A DNA stretch of 64,000 bases. Origin: an uncultured Gemmatimonadales bacterium (lineage in GTDB: Bacteria; Gemmatimonadota; Gemmatimonadetes; Gemmatimonadales; GWC2-71-9). The notes under the pieces were generated by a model. That model did not search any database. It saw only the letters and a list, made by a program, of their open reading frames with translations, and had not been told where the DNA came from. A program made the position numbers and the translations under genes. Within the stretch, counting starts at the first letter, position 1; every line of letters starts with the position of its first letter. Below, one piece after another: positions 31,615 through 41,661 of this stretch. The stretch is taken from positions 32,001 to 96,000 of the forward strand of contig CAVSLV010000004.1 of NCBI GenBank assembly GCA_963728915.1, given 5' to 3'.

Positions 31615-32503
31615 TTTCGACGGTGAGGGAGCGGGTTGCCGGGAGATTCTCTCCATCCGCTTCGACCGGCGCGCCCGGATCGGCCCGGATTTCGACCGGG
31701 CCAGTCAACCCGCTGACCCGATAGACCTGCCGCATCGCGAGGTGACGGCCGCTCCGGAGCCGCGCCAGCGCGCCGAGGGCCTGGAGCCGTGACATCGGCC
31801 CGATCACCACGAGGTCGCCGGCGCCGTCGTCCGGCTTGGATCCCGGAGCGATCAGAAGACCGCCCCCGAACCCCGCCCCGTTGGCGAAGGTGACGTTGAT
31901 CGCCCGATCGCGATACAGAATCTCTTCCCCGATCCGGATCTCGTAACCCGCCATGCCCGCACCGGCGAGTGCCAGCACCCCGGCAACCGGATAGCGCGAT
32001 CTCCCCGGCAGCATCCGACCAACGGCTGGCGCGATCCGGTTGGCGCGCGCGCTGACTCCCAGGGAGATCGAGTTGATGAACCAGCGGGACCAGCCTGCCC
32101 CCTCTCTGGCGTGGCCATCGCCATGGCCCAGGTCCACGGGCCGCGGCGCCTCGGGTCGGAACGCCGCCACGGCACGAGCGGGATCGAGCGGGAGGTCCAG
32201 GTTTCGCGAAATGTCATTGCCGGTGCCCGCCGGCACGATGCCCAGCCGCGTCGCCGCTCCGGCGGCAAGTATCCCGTTCATCACTTCGTGGATGGACCCG
32301 TCTCCTCCGACCACCAGGATCGTCGGGTCGGGATGGCTGGTGGACCAGTCGCGGGCGTAGCGTTCGGCGTCGCCCGGGGCCGTGGTCAGCCGGGCTTCGA
32401 GGCAGGGAAAACGAGCTTCGAGGAGAGAACGGACCCGCTGCCAGATCGCCGAGCCTCGACGGCGCCCGGCGACCGGATTGACGATACAGAGTGTGGCGGA
32501 AAT
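31586..32503 (-). CDS. diacylglycerol/lipid kinase family (YegS/DagK-like)
   Basis: IVNPVAG, VVGGDGSIHEVMNG, PAGTGND, FGGG, ADGE; start codon uncertain. Confidence 0.88.
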   Translation of the reverse strand: MSATLCIVNPVAGRRRGSAIWQRVRSLLEARFPCLEARLTTAPGDAERYARDWSTSHPDPTILVVGGDGSIHEVMNGILAAGAATRLGIVPAGTGNDISRNLDLPLDPARAVAAFRPEAPRPVDLGHGDGHAREGAGWSRWFINSISLGVSARANRIAPAVGRMLPGRSRYPVAGVLALAGAGMAGYEIRIGEEILYRDRAINVTFANGAGFGGGLLIAPGSKPDDGAGDLVVIGPMSRLQALGALARLRSGRHLAMRQVYRVSGLTGPVEIRADPGAPVEADGENLPATRSLTVEIIPGRLRVL

Positions 32504-32510
32504 CCTCGGC

Positions 32511-33581
32511 CTATTCCCGGTGCGCTGTCTCCAGGTCCAGCAGGAACTGCTTCCTCCAGAGCCCTCCGCCATACCCGCGGAGCTGGCCATTCTTCTGGAT
32601 CACGCGGTGGCAGGGAATGATGATCGGAATCCGGTTTCGACCGTTCGCGAGACCAACGGCCCGCTGCGCCCCGGCTCGACCGATCCGGAGAGCCAGCTCC
32701 TCGTAGGAAACGGTCTCTCCGTATCCGATCCGGAGCAGCTCGGCCCAGACGGTCTGCTGGAATTCGGTACCCCGGAAATCGAGCGGGACCTCGAAGCTCT
32801 TCCGGGTCCCCGCGAAGTACTCCTCCAGCTCCCGTCGGGCATCCTCGATGAACCGATGCGGGCCCGGGATGACCGGCTGTCCGTACCAGCGGGTCAGGTC
32901 GGCGGCTTGATTAGGCAGTTTCTTCCGATCCGCGAACTCGAGCATGCAGAGTCCCCGCTCGGTGGCGGCGGCAAGCAGGGGCCCGAGCGGACTCGGCACC
33001 AGGGTAGCCAGGATTGGAGTGGTGTCGCGCGCTGCGGCAGGCGTGGTCCCGAACAGGCGCTTGAACGCTTCCCGGAATCCGCTGTCCGACTCGAAGCCGC
33101 TGTCGAAGCCGGCCGGGGTCACCGGTTGCCCTTCCCGCAGGCGATCCAGCGCGAACCCGAGCTGACGCGCCCGGGCATAGCCATGGAGAGTCATGCCGAA
33201 CTTCTCCCGAAAGTATCGCCGGGCGGTTGCCGGCTGAATGTGCATGCCACGGAGCGCCGCGTCGCTCAGGCGCCGGGCCGGCGCGCCATCGATGACCTCG
33301 ATGACCCGTTCCACCCACTCGGGGTGGCGACCGGCGGGCTCGAGCGGCTGGCACCGCTGGCAGGGACGATAGCCCGCCGCAAGCGCCAGATCCGAGCGGG
33401 CGAAGAATTCCACGTTTTTCACCAGGGGTTTGCGGGCCGGGCAGGTGGGTCGGCAGAAGATTCCGGTGGTCCGAATGCCCGCCACGAAAATCCCCTCGTA
33501 GCTCGCGTCCCGGTCCACCAGGGCGCGATACAGCTCCGCCGGGCGGGGAAGTCGGGTCGAGGAAATCACCGGGGCACTCAT
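32511..33581 (-). CDS. ada: bifunctional Ada regulator / O6-methylguanine-DNA methyltransferase
   Basis: Zn-site TTGIFCRPTC...RPCQRC, AraC-type HTH, GTEFQQTVW, IIPCHRV active site. Confidence 0.93.
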   Translation of the reverse strand: MSAPVISSTRLPRPAELYRALVDRDASYEGIFVAGIRTTGIFCRPTCPARKPLVKNVEFFARSDLALAAGYRPCQRCQPLEPAGRHPEWVERVIEVIDGAPARRLSDAALRGMHIQPATARRYFREKFGMTLHGYARARQLGFALDRLREGQPVTPAGFDSGFESDSGFREAFKRLFGTTPAAARDTTPILATLVPSPLGPLLAAATERGLCMLEFADRKKLPNQAADLTRWYGQPVIPGPHRFIEDARRELEEYFAGTRKSFEVPLDFRGTEFQQTVWAELLRIGYGETVSYEELALRIGRAGAQRAVGLANGRNRIPIIIPCHRVIQKNGQLRGYGGGLWRKQFLLDLETAHRE

Positions 33582-33711
33582 GCTACCGAATCTAGAGCGT
33601 CCCGCGAACGCCGCCACCGGTGGTTGAACACCGAATTCTTGCCGCCCGGATCTCCTTGCCCGTCGCACCCGGCTCCGAGCACCTTTCACCACCTTCCCCA
33701 CGAGAACCTGC

Positions 33712-35493
33712 ATGCGCGTCCTGCCGGTCGACTGGCTCATCGTCCTGATCGCGGTTGGCCTCTCCTTTCTTCCCGCCCTGGTCATGGCGCGCCGGGCGGG
33801 AAAGAGCACCGCCGAGTTCTTCACCTCGGGACGTTCGGCGCCGTGGTGGCTGATCGGCGTGTCGATGGTCGCCACCACGTTCAGCACCGACACCCCGAAC
33901 CTGGTGACCAACCTGGTGCGAGAGAAGGGAGTGGCCAACAACTGGCAGTGGTGGGCCTTTCTTCTCACCGGCATGGCGACGGTGTTCTTCTATTCGCGAC
34001 TGTGGCGGCGCTCCCGGGTGCTCACCGATCTCGAATTCTACGAAATCCGGTACGCCGGGCCCGCCGCGAGCTTCGTGCGGGGATTTCGGGCCGTCTACCT
34101 CGGGTTGTTCTTCAACTGCGTCATCATCGCGTCGGTGAATCTCGCCGCCGCCAAGATCGCGAATGTGATGCTGGGCTGGCCCATGGGGAAGACCCTGCTG
34201 ATCTGCGCCTTCATCAACGTGGCGTTCGCGGCGACTTCCGGTCTCTGGGGAGTCCTGGTGACCGACTTCATCCAGTTCGGAATCGCCATGGCCGGCTCGT
34301 TCTCGGCGGCCTACTTCGCGCTCAAGCAGCCCGAAGTGGGCGGGCTCGCGGGACTGGTGTCCCGGATCGACCCCCACACGCTCCACCTGCTTCCGGATTT
34401 CGGCGACTGGGGTCTCACCCTCTCCGTGCTCATCATTCCGCTTACGGTGCAATGGTGGTCGGTCTGGTATCCGGGCGCCGAGCCGGGCGGCGGGAGTTAC
34501 ATCGCCCAGCGGATGCTCGCCGCCAGGAGCGAACGCGACGCGATGACCGGCACCCTGCTGTTCAATGTGGCGCACTACGCCCTCCGCTCCTGGCCCTGGA
34601 TCATCGTCGCCCTTTCGTCCATCCTGGTGTATCCCACCCTCGGCGACATCGCTCGCACCTTCCCCTACGTCGATCCCCACCTCATCGGGCACGACATGGC
34701 CTATCCGGCGATGCTGCGCTTCCTCCCCGCCGGGTTCATGGGTTTGATGCTGGCCGGGATGCTCGCGGCGTATGTCTCGACGATCTCCACCCAGCTCAAC
34801 TGGGGCACGTCGTACCTGGTCCATGATCTCTACCGCCGGTTCCTCCGTCCCGGCGCCAGCGAGCGTCACTACGTCGCGGCCGGGCGGATCACGACCGTCC
34901 TGCTGATGACGGCGGCGGCCGCGTTCACCTTCGCGCTCGACTCCGCCCGCGAAACCTTCGATCTGCTCCTGTCGATCGGCGCGGGGACCGGCCTGCTGTA
35001 CCTGCTCCGCTGGTTCTGGTGGCGCATCAATGCCTGGAGCGAGATCGCGGCGATGGCCAGCTCGTTTGCGATTTCGATCGGGTTCTTTCTGGCCCGCAAG
35101 AGCGGAGTCGAGATCGCCCCCTGGGCGTCGCTGGTGGTCACCGTGCTGGCGACCACGCTCGTGTGGGTCGCGGTCACCCTGCTGACGCGTCCCGCGGATG
35201 AGGGGGCCCTGGTCCGGTTCTATCGGCTGGTGAGGCCGGCCGGCCCCGGCTGGCAGCCGATTGCCGCCAAGGCCGGACCCCTCGACATGCCCCCCGATCC
35301 CCTGAGTCGCTCGCTGCTCGGCTGGGTCCTCGGCTGCACCTTCGTGTACGCGGCCCTGTTTGGAACCGGGAGCTTCATTTACGGGAAAACCGGGCCGGGC
35401 GTGTTATGGGCAGCCGTGTTTGTGGTGAGCGGCGTTGGACTGTTCCGGTTGTTGCCGAAGTTCTGGGCGGGCACGAGGGAGGAGCCGGCCTGA
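33712..35493 (+). CDS. sodium:solute symporter (SSS) family
   Basis: EFFTSGRSAPWW..GVSMVATTFSTDTP, GLWGVLVTDFIQF, YIAQRMLAA, AAYVSTISTQLN. Confidence 0.92.
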   Translation: MRVLPVDWLIVLIAVGLSFLPALVMARRAGKSTAEFFTSGRSAPWWLIGVSMVATTFSTDTPNLVTNLVREKGVANNWQWWAFLLTGMATVFFYSRLWRRSRVLTDLEFYEIRYAGPAASFVRGFRAVYLGLFFNCVIIASVNLAAAKIANVMLGWPMGKTLLICAFINVAFAATSGLWGVLVTDFIQFGIAMAGSFSAAYFALKQPEVGGLAGLVSRIDPHTLHLLPDFGDWGLTLSVLIIPLTVQWWSVWYPGAEPGGGSYIAQRMLAARSERDAMTGTLLFNVAHYALRSWPWIIVALSSILVYPTLGDIARTFPYVDPHLIGHDMAYPAMLRFLPAGFMGLMLAGMLAAYVSTISTQLNWGTSYLVHDLYRRFLRPGASERHYVAAGRITTVLLMTAAAAFTFALDSARETFDLLLSIGAGTGLLYLLRWFWWRINAWSEIAAMASSFAISIGFFLARKSGVEIAPWASLVVTVLATTLVWVAVTLLTRPADEGALVRFYRLVRPAGPGWQPIAAKAGPLDMPPDPLSRSLLGWVLGCTFVYAALFGTGSFIYGKTGPGVLWAAVFVVSGVGLFRLLPKFWAGTREEPA

Positions 35494-36308
35494 CCGACAA
35501 AGCCGTCGTCCTCGCGGCGGGGCGGGGAACCCGAATGCGGGAAGGGTCTTTCCCCGCCACGCTCACTTCCGCCCAGCGCGACCTGGCGGCCCGCGGACTC
35601 AAGGCGATGATTCCCCTGGGACCCGGGGCGCAACCGTTTCTCGTCTACCTGTTGAGCCGTCTCGCCGACGCCGGCCTCATTCGAATCTGTCTGGTGCTTT
35701 CCCCCGCCCAGCGGGAAGTGCTGGAGTTCATTCGCCATATGGCGCCCTCGCGGATCGCTCTGGACCACGTGGTCCAGGACCAGCCGCTCGGCACCGCCCA
35801 CGCGGTGCTCGCGGCCGAAGGATTTGCCGGAACCGATCCGGTGGTCGTGGTCAACGGAGACAACCTTTACCCCGAAGCCGCCCTGCGCGCCCTCCGGACC
35901 ACGCCGAGCGCCGGTCTCCTGGGGTTTCGCAAGTCGACCCTCATTCGGGAAGGGAACATTCCCGCCGAACGGATCAATGCCTTCGCGTTGATTGCCGCGG
36001 ATGCTTCCGGCCGGCTCCTCCGCATTCTCGAAAAGCCGACTCCCGCCGACGCCGCCGGATTCCCTGCCGATCCCCTTGTGAGCATGAATGCCTGGCTGCT
36101 TCCTCCCTCCATCTTCCGGGCCTGTCGCGCCATCCCACCGTCCAACCGGGGGGAGCTCGAGCTCCAGGATGCGGTCCGATTTGCCATACAGCGTCTTGGA
36201 GAGCAATTCACGGTGATCGAAACCGGTGGCGCGGTGCTCGACCTCTCCGGTCCCTCCGACATCCCCGAGGTCGAAGCGAGGCTTCAGGGAATGCGGATCG
36301 GCCTGTGA
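35490..36308 (+). CDS. sugar-1-phosphate nucleotidyltransferase (RmlA-like fold)
   Basis: KAVVLAAGRGTRM, K..IP, QDQPLGTAHAV, VVNGDN, EKP, PSNRGELEL; probable CTG start overlapping the upstream TGA, behind GAGGGAGGAG. Confidence 0.88.
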   Translation: MTDKAVVLAAGRGTRMREGSFPATLTSAQRDLAARGLKAMIPLGPGAQPFLVYLLSRLADAGLIRICLVLSPAQREVLEFIRHMAPSRIALDHVVQDQPLGTAHAVLAAEGFAGTDPVVVVNGDNLYPEAALRALRTTPSAGLLGFRKSTLIREGNIPAERINAFALIAADASGRLLRILEKPTPADAAGFPADPLVSMNAWLLPPSIFRACRAIPPSNRGELELQDAVRFAIQRLGEQFTVIETGGAVLDLSGPSDIPEVEARLQGMRIGL

Positions 36309-37570
36309 GCGATGCCGGTCCAGCCTTCCGGAAGGACCTGCTCGGCGGAAAGGCCGAGCTCGGCTGGTTCGTGCCGGGCCGGGTCGAAGTGCTGGGCAAG
36401 CATACCGACTACGCCGGCGGCCGGAGCCTGGTTTGCGCGATCGAGCGCGGGTTCCGGTTCGTGGCGCGGTGCTCGGGAGACCGGGTGCTCACCATAACCC
36501 GCGCCGATTCGGGGGAGCGAGTCCGCATCCCCCTCGACCCCGGTCTGCCAATCCCGGAAGGAGAATGGGCCGCCTTTCCTTCGGTGGTCGCACGCCGGCT
36601 GGCGCGCGACTTCGGGATCACTCACGGGGTCGAGCTGGCCTTCGGGAGCGATCTGCCGGTCGCGGCGGGCCTCTCCAGCGGCAGCGCCCTCACCATCGGA
36701 GTGTTTCTCGCCCTCGCGGAGGCGAATGCCCTCGCCGCCCATCCTCGGTATCGAGCCCATCTGACCGAGCCGTCGGCGCTGGCCGAATACCTCGGCTGTC
36801 TCGAGAATGGCCGCGGGTTCGGGCCCTTCGAGGGCGGAGCCGGTGTGGGCACCATGGGGGGATGCGAAGACCAGGCCGCCATCCTGCTCGCGGAGAAAGG
36901 GACGCTCAAGCAGTTTCGCTTCGTTCCGGTATTGCTCGAACGGACAGTACCCTTTCCTGAGAAACTGACTTTCGTGGTTGGGTCGAGCGGGGTGGTTGCG
37001 GAGAAGACCGCGGGCGCCCTGGCGTCCTACAACGCGGCAGCGGCGGCGCTGGCAGAGTGGTCGGAGTGGTCGGAGGGGGCAGGGTCGCCGGTAGGTCTTC
37101 GACGGCCCGGTAGCCTCGGGGAATTTCTGCGCCTCAGCCCTGACGCGTTGCCGCGGCTTCGGAGTCGGCTGGCGACCCGGCCCGCAATCCTGGCCCGGCT
37201 AGAGCAATTCGTTGCCGAAAGCGAGGAGATCGTTCCCCGGGCGGCCGACGCATTCCTTGCCGGAGACCTGGACCGCTTCGGAGCGCTGGTGGATCGCTCC
37301 CAGGAAGGCGCCGAGCGCGCCTTGAGGAATCAGGTCCCCGAAACCGTCCACCTGCAGCGGAGCGCGCGGCGGCTTGGCGCGCTGGCGGCATCCGCGTTCG
37401 GGGCTGGCTTCGGTGGAAGCGTCTGGGCCCTGGTCGAGAGCCAGGGAGCCGAGGCGTTCCGGCTCGGGTGGGAGCGGGACTACGAAATCGCATTTCCGGG
37501 CCGGCGGGCCGGGGCAGAATTCTTCCTGACCCGGCCCGGCGAGGGTGCCCGGAGGATCGAGGTGGGCTAA
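36305..37570 (+). CDS. GHMP kinase, galactokinase-like anomeric sugar kinase
   Basis: PGRVEVLGKHTDYAGG, DLPVAAGLSSGSAL ATP loop, GGCEDQ, FGAGFGGS; GTG start overlaps the upstream stop. Confidence 0.87.
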   Translation: MSDAGPAFRKDLLGGKAELGWFVPGRVEVLGKHTDYAGGRSLVCAIERGFRFVARCSGDRVLTITRADSGERVRIPLDPGLPIPEGEWAAFPSVVARRLARDFGITHGVELAFGSDLPVAAGLSSGSALTIGVFLALAEANALAAHPRYRAHLTEPSALAEYLGCLENGRGFGPFEGGAGVGTMGGCEDQAAILLAEKGTLKQFRFVPVLLERTVPFPEKLTFVVGSSGVVAEKTAGALASYNAAAAALAEWSEWSEGAGSPVGLRRPGSLGEFLRLSPDALPRLRSRLATRPAILARLEQFVAESEEIVPRAADAFLAGDLDRFGALVDRSQEGAERALRNQVPETVHLQRSARRLGALAASAFGAGFGGSVWALVESQGAEAFRLGWERDYEIAFPGRRAGAEFFLTRPGEGARRIEVG

Positions 37571-39891
37571 CGCCTGGGCAGCAGGTGCTCCTCGAACAGC
37601 TCGAAGATCCGCCGGTACTCGTCGGTCCAGGAGGATGGCCGCACGAATCCGTGGCTCTCCACCGGATAGGAAGCCAGCTCCCACCCGGTCTTGCCCAGCT
37701 CGATCAGCCGCTCCTCGAGTCGCACGATGTCCTGATAGTGCACGTTCACGTCCACCATGCCATGCGCCATCAGCAGCGGCCGGTTGAGTCCCTCGGCGAA
37801 AAAGATCGGCGACGACCGGCGATACGCCAGGGTGTCGTTCTGCGGCAGGTTCAGGATGCGGCCGGTATAGGGATGGTTGTAGTGGGCCCAGTCGGTCACC
37901 GAGCGAAGCGCCGCCCCGGCGCCGAAGTCCGCGCCGGCGGTGAACAGCGCCATCAGGGTCATGAACCCGCCGTAGCTCCCTCCGTAAATCCCGATCCGCC
38001 CGGGCGGAATCCCGAGCTCCCGCTGGAGGTAGCGCGAGCCGTCGACCTGGTCCTGAAGATCCCGGCCGCCCATCCACCGGTAGATCGCGGTCCGCCAGTC
38101 GCGCCCATAACCCGCGGAGGCGCGATAGTCGATGTCCAGCACCACGTACCCCTTGGACGCGAGGTAGTGGTTGAACATGTACTCCCGGGAATAACTCGAC
38201 CAGTAGCGGTGCACGTTGTGGAGGTAGCCCGCCCCGTGCACGAAGATGACCGCGGCCCCATTGGGGCGCGCGCCGAGATCGGCGGGCCGGTAGATCCGGG
38301 CCGGCACCTCTACGCCGTCCGAGGCTTTGATGGTGATGATGTCCGGCTTGATCCACGGGAAGCTCAGCCACTCGGCGGTGGGTGAGGTGGTGAGCTGGGA
38401 CAGCACGGTGGCGGGACGGTAGGGCCCGACGTACAGCTCGGGCGGGCGATTCGCGGTGGAATACAGATCGGCGATCGTCGTCCCGTCGGGTGAAACCGTC
38501 ACCGTATGCCCACCCACCGCGGTGGTGATCCGCTCCATCGGGCCCCCACCGACCGGCATCCGGTAGAAGTGCCGCTCGAAAGGCGACACTTCGCTGGTGT
38601 GAAGCTCGAAGAAGCGGCGGTCGTCCGAGATGTTCGCGTCCAGCACTTCCCAGTGCCCGCTGGTGAGCTGGCGCCGGTCGGAGCCGTCGTCGTTGACGGT
38701 GTAGAGGTGGGCGAACCCGGACGCCTCGCTCACGAACCAGACCCGGTTTCCAGCGGGCAGGAAGCCCCCGCACGGATAGCACGGTCCGCCCACCCACGCG
38801 CTGTCGCGCAAGGTGTCGATGGGCCGGAGCGAGCCATCCCGGCCGTCGAGACGGTGGAGATACCGTTCCTTGAAATCGGCTCGCTCGGCGAACACCAGGG
38901 CCTCGGTTCCCGCATTGTTCCAGCCCAGGAGTGCCGTGATCGACGGGGTCGCGGTGGAATCGCCCGGGATCGGCCCGAGCCACCGAATCTCTCCATTCGG
39001 CAGCGACATGAACGCGAGCCGCCCACCGCTCTGCAGGTCGCCCACCTTGGTCCGGCCCCGCATTTCTTCGGTGTATCCGGACTGGGTGACCCAGGTCGGG
39101 ATCGTCACCGGCTGGGCTCCGGTCGCCTGAATCGTGGTGGTGAGGACCAGCCCGGTTCCCGCCGGCGACACACTGAGACCGGTGACCCGCTCGTTGGGGC
39201 GGAGATACAACGTCTTCACCCGCTCCCGGTCTTCCCGTTCGGCTTTCGCGATCGAATCCTCCCGGAGCCGGTCCCGAACCGATTCGAACAACGATCGCTG
39301 CTGCTCGATCAGCGCGGCCCGCTGGAGGGCGCGGTGCAGGGAATCGGCGGGGGCCGGACCGGGGCGCACATCGGTGATCTGGCGGATCGTCGGCCCGGCC
39401 AGATCCAGCGCCATCAGGTTCATCCCGTCCCGCACGAAATACACGGTGCCCCCGTCGGCGGAAAACGACGGGTTGTTCTCGGTAATGGTCGGGGTATCGG
39501 TGAGCCGCCGGGTCGCGCCGGTTTTCACTTCGACCAGAAAGAGGTCTCCACGGTACGAGACCACTCTCCGCCGGCCGTCCCGCGAGAGATCACCGGCTTC
39601 GAGCTGGGGGCCGACACTGTCCATGTGCTCGCGGGTGACCTGCTCCGGTTTGGCACCGGCCTGGGCCCGGACCCGGTAGGGCTTCAGGGACTCCTGCCAG
39701 GGCGAACCCGGCGGCAGCCAGGAGAAGTAGATCCACCGCCCGTCCTGGGTGAACCGGGGCCGCTCTGGCTCGCGCCCGTAGACTTCGGGACCCCGCATGA
39801 TGTTGGGGATGGTGAACTCGAAGGCGGGGGCCGCGGACTGGGCCAGGAGCGTTCCCGGCGGGAGGGCGAGGAGAAAAACGGTCAAACGCAT
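37567..39891 (-). CDS. S9 family peptidase (DPP-IV-like), exported
   Basis: Beta-propeller followed by FVHGAGY, IYGGSYGG, HGMVDVNV, ESHGF catalytic triad motifs. Confidence 0.92.
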   Translation of the reverse strand: MRLTVFLLALPPGTLLAQSAAPAFEFTIPNIMRGPEVYGREPERPRFTQDGRWIYFSWLPPGSPWQESLKPYRVRAQAGAKPEQVTREHMDSVGPQLEAGDLSRDGRRRVVSYRGDLFLVEVKTGATRRLTDTPTITENNPSFSADGGTVYFVRDGMNLMALDLAGPTIRQITDVRPGPAPADSLHRALQRAALIEQQRSLFESVRDRLREDSIAKAEREDRERVKTLYLRPNERVTGLSVSPAGTGLVLTTTIQATGAQPVTIPTWVTQSGYTEEMRGRTKVGDLQSGGRLAFMSLPNGEIRWLGPIPGDSTATPSITALLGWNNAGTEALVFAERADFKERYLHRLDGRDGSLRPIDTLRDSAWVGGPCYPCGGFLPAGNRVWFVSEASGFAHLYTVNDDGSDRRQLTSGHWEVLDANISDDRRFFELHTSEVSPFERHFYRMPVGGGPMERITTAVGGHTVTVSPDGTTIADLYSTANRPPELYVGPYRPATVLSQLTTSPTAEWLSFPWIKPDIITIKASDGVEVPARIYRPADLGARPNGAAVIFVHGAGYLHNVHRYWSSYSREYMFNHYLASKGYVVLDIDYRASAGYGRDWRTAIYRWMGGRDLQDQVDGSRYLQRELGIPPGRIGIYGGSYGGFMTLMALFTAGADFGAGAALRSVTDWAHYNHPYTGRILNLPQNDTLAYRRSSPIFFAEGLNRPLLMAHGMVDVNVHYQDIVRLEERLIELGKTGWELASYPVESHGFVRPSSWTDEYRRIFELFEEHLLPRR

Positions 39892-39926
39892 GGCACCCTC
39901 GAAACGTGGGGACGAGCGCAGGGAGA

Positions 39927-40799
39927 CTAGACGTCGCACAACTGGAAGGCCTCGCGGAGCGACGTGAGCGGGTCCCGGGTCGGCACGAATTCGTGGGCGA
40001 CATAACCCGCAAAGCCCAGGTCGGCGATCGCCCGGCAGATGGTCCGCCAGTTGAGCTCCTGGGTGTCGTCCAGCTCGTGCCGCCCGGGAACTCCGCCGGT
40101 ATGGAAATGGCCGAGATAGGCGAAGTTGTTCCGGATGGTGCGGATCACGTCGCCCTCCATGATCTGCATGTGATAGATGTCGTAGAGGAGCTTGACCCGG
40201 GGTGAGCCGACCCCCTGCATGACCCGGACCCCGAACGCGGTGTGATCACCCATGTAGTCCTTGTGATCCACCTTGCTGTTGAGCAGCTCGACGCACACCG
40301 TGACGCCGTGCTGCTCGGCCAGCGGGGCGATCCGGCGCAGTCCCTCGATACAGTTCCGGGCCCCTTCGTCGTCGCCGCGTCCCTTCCGGTTGCCGAACAT
40401 GGCGATCAGGTTGGGCACGCCGGCCGCCGCGGCGAGCGGCAGCGTGTCGGTCAGCTCCTGCACCAGCACATCGTGCATCGCCGGGTCGTTGAAGCCGCTG
40501 GTGAGGAAATCCCGCCGCCTGGTGGGATAGCCCATCGAGCAGACCAGCCCGGCCTCCTTGACGGTGGCCCACTGGTCCGGCTGGAGCAGATCGATCGCCA
40601 CCAGCCCGATCTCCTTCGCGGCCCGGGCGAATTGATCGAGGGGAATCTTCTCATAGGGCCAGTAAGAAACCGATTGCTTGAGGCGGCCGGCCGGCCGGTC
40701 GGTCGAGCTGCCGGACCGGCGGACCGTTCCCGGCAAGACCAGGCCTCCGGCGCCCACCGCCAGGGCACCGAGCGCTTCCCGGCGCGTCATCCGCTTCAC
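39927..40799 (-). CDS. hydroxypyruvate isomerase-like TIM-barrel protein, Tat signal
   Basis: TRREAL; VELLNSKVDH, LLYDIYHMQIMEGD, HFHTGGVPGRHE. Confidence 0.85.
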   Translation of the reverse strand: MKRMTRREALGALAVGAGGLVLPGTVRRSGSSTDRPAGRLKQSVSYWPYEKIPLDQFARAAKEIGLVAIDLLQPDQWATVKEAGLVCSMGYPTRRRDFLTSGFNDPAMHDVLVQELTDTLPLAAAAGVPNLIAMFGNRKGRGDDEGARNCIEGLRRIAPLAEQHGVTVCVELLNSKVDHKDYMGDHTAFGVRVMQGVGSPRVKLLYDIYHMQIMEGDVIRTIRNNFAYLGHFHTGGVPGRHELDDTQELNWRTICRAIADLGFAGYVAHEFVPTRDPLTSLREAFQLCDV

Positions 40800-40806
40800 C
40801 GGCGCG

Positions 40807-41661
40807 CTAATACTTGAGCTCCCGGAGGTACTTGAAGCTGGCCGCCGCGCTCGCGAAGGGATCCCCCGGCGTCACGTCCTGCTCGTAGAAATAGTGCACG
40901 ATTCCCGCTTTCCTGGCCCGGCGAAAGATGGCCGGGAAATCGATGATGCCGGTTCCCGCGTCGGCGAAGAACTTCCGCGGCGTGGCGTCCATGTCCTTGA
41001 CGTGCACCATCGGGAAACGGCCGGGCCACCGGTCGAAATAGTCCACCGGATCCTTGCCGGCCTTGGTGACCCAGTAGAGATCCATCTCCAGCTTGACCAG
41101 CTTGGGGTCGGTCGCCGAGAGCAGCACGTCGTAGGGGACCAGGCCCTCCATCGGATGGAATTCGAAATCGTGATTGTGATAACAGAAGGTGAGGCCCCGC
41201 TTGGCGGCGGCTTCACCGGCTCGATTGAACCGGGTCGCGACCCGCTTCCAATCGTCCACCGACTGCCGGTCGCCACCACCGATGGACGGCACCACCACGA
41301 ACTTCTGCCCCAGCGTGGCCGCCACGTCGAGCACCCGCTCCCAATCGGCGTCCGTGGCCGGAAGCCCCACGTGGCTGGAGGGAATCGTGAGCCCGTGGCG
41401 GCGGAGCATTCGCTGGAACTCCTCCGGGCTTCCCGGTGGATACCCGGCGGCCTCCACTTCCCGAAAGCCGATTTCCGCCAGGCGGGCCAGGGTTTGTTCC
41501 GGATCGTCCTGAAAGGCGCGCCGCACCGTGTAGAGCTGGATCCCGATTCGCCCCAGCTGTTCCGCGGGAGCGAAGCGGAGGATCGTCGCGAATCGGGAAC
41601 CGATCAGGGCCGCACCGCCGGCCCGCAGGAGGGAACGCCTGCTCGGTCCGCCTGTGCTCAC
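40807..41661 (-). CDS. sugar phosphate isomerase/epimerase (xylose-isomerase-like TIM barrel), Tat signal
   Basis: SRRSLL; GIQLYTVR, YHNHDFEF, LEMDLYW, HVKD, G.GIIDF, YEQD; GTG start at 41661. Confidence 0.87.
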   Translation of the reverse strand: MSTGGPSRRSLLRAGGAALIGSRFATILRFAPAEQLGRIGIQLYTVRRAFQDDPEQTLARLAEIGFREVEAAGYPPGSPEEFQRMLRRHGLTIPSSHVGLPATDADWERVLDVAATLGQKFVVVPSIGGGDRQSVDDWKRVATRFNRAGEAAAKRGLTFCYHNHDFEFHPMEGLVPYDVLLSATDPKLVKLEMDLYWVTKAGKDPVDYFDRWPGRFPMVHVKDMDATPRKFFADAGTGIIDFPAIFRRARKAGIVHYFYEQDVTPGDPFASAAASFKYLRELKY

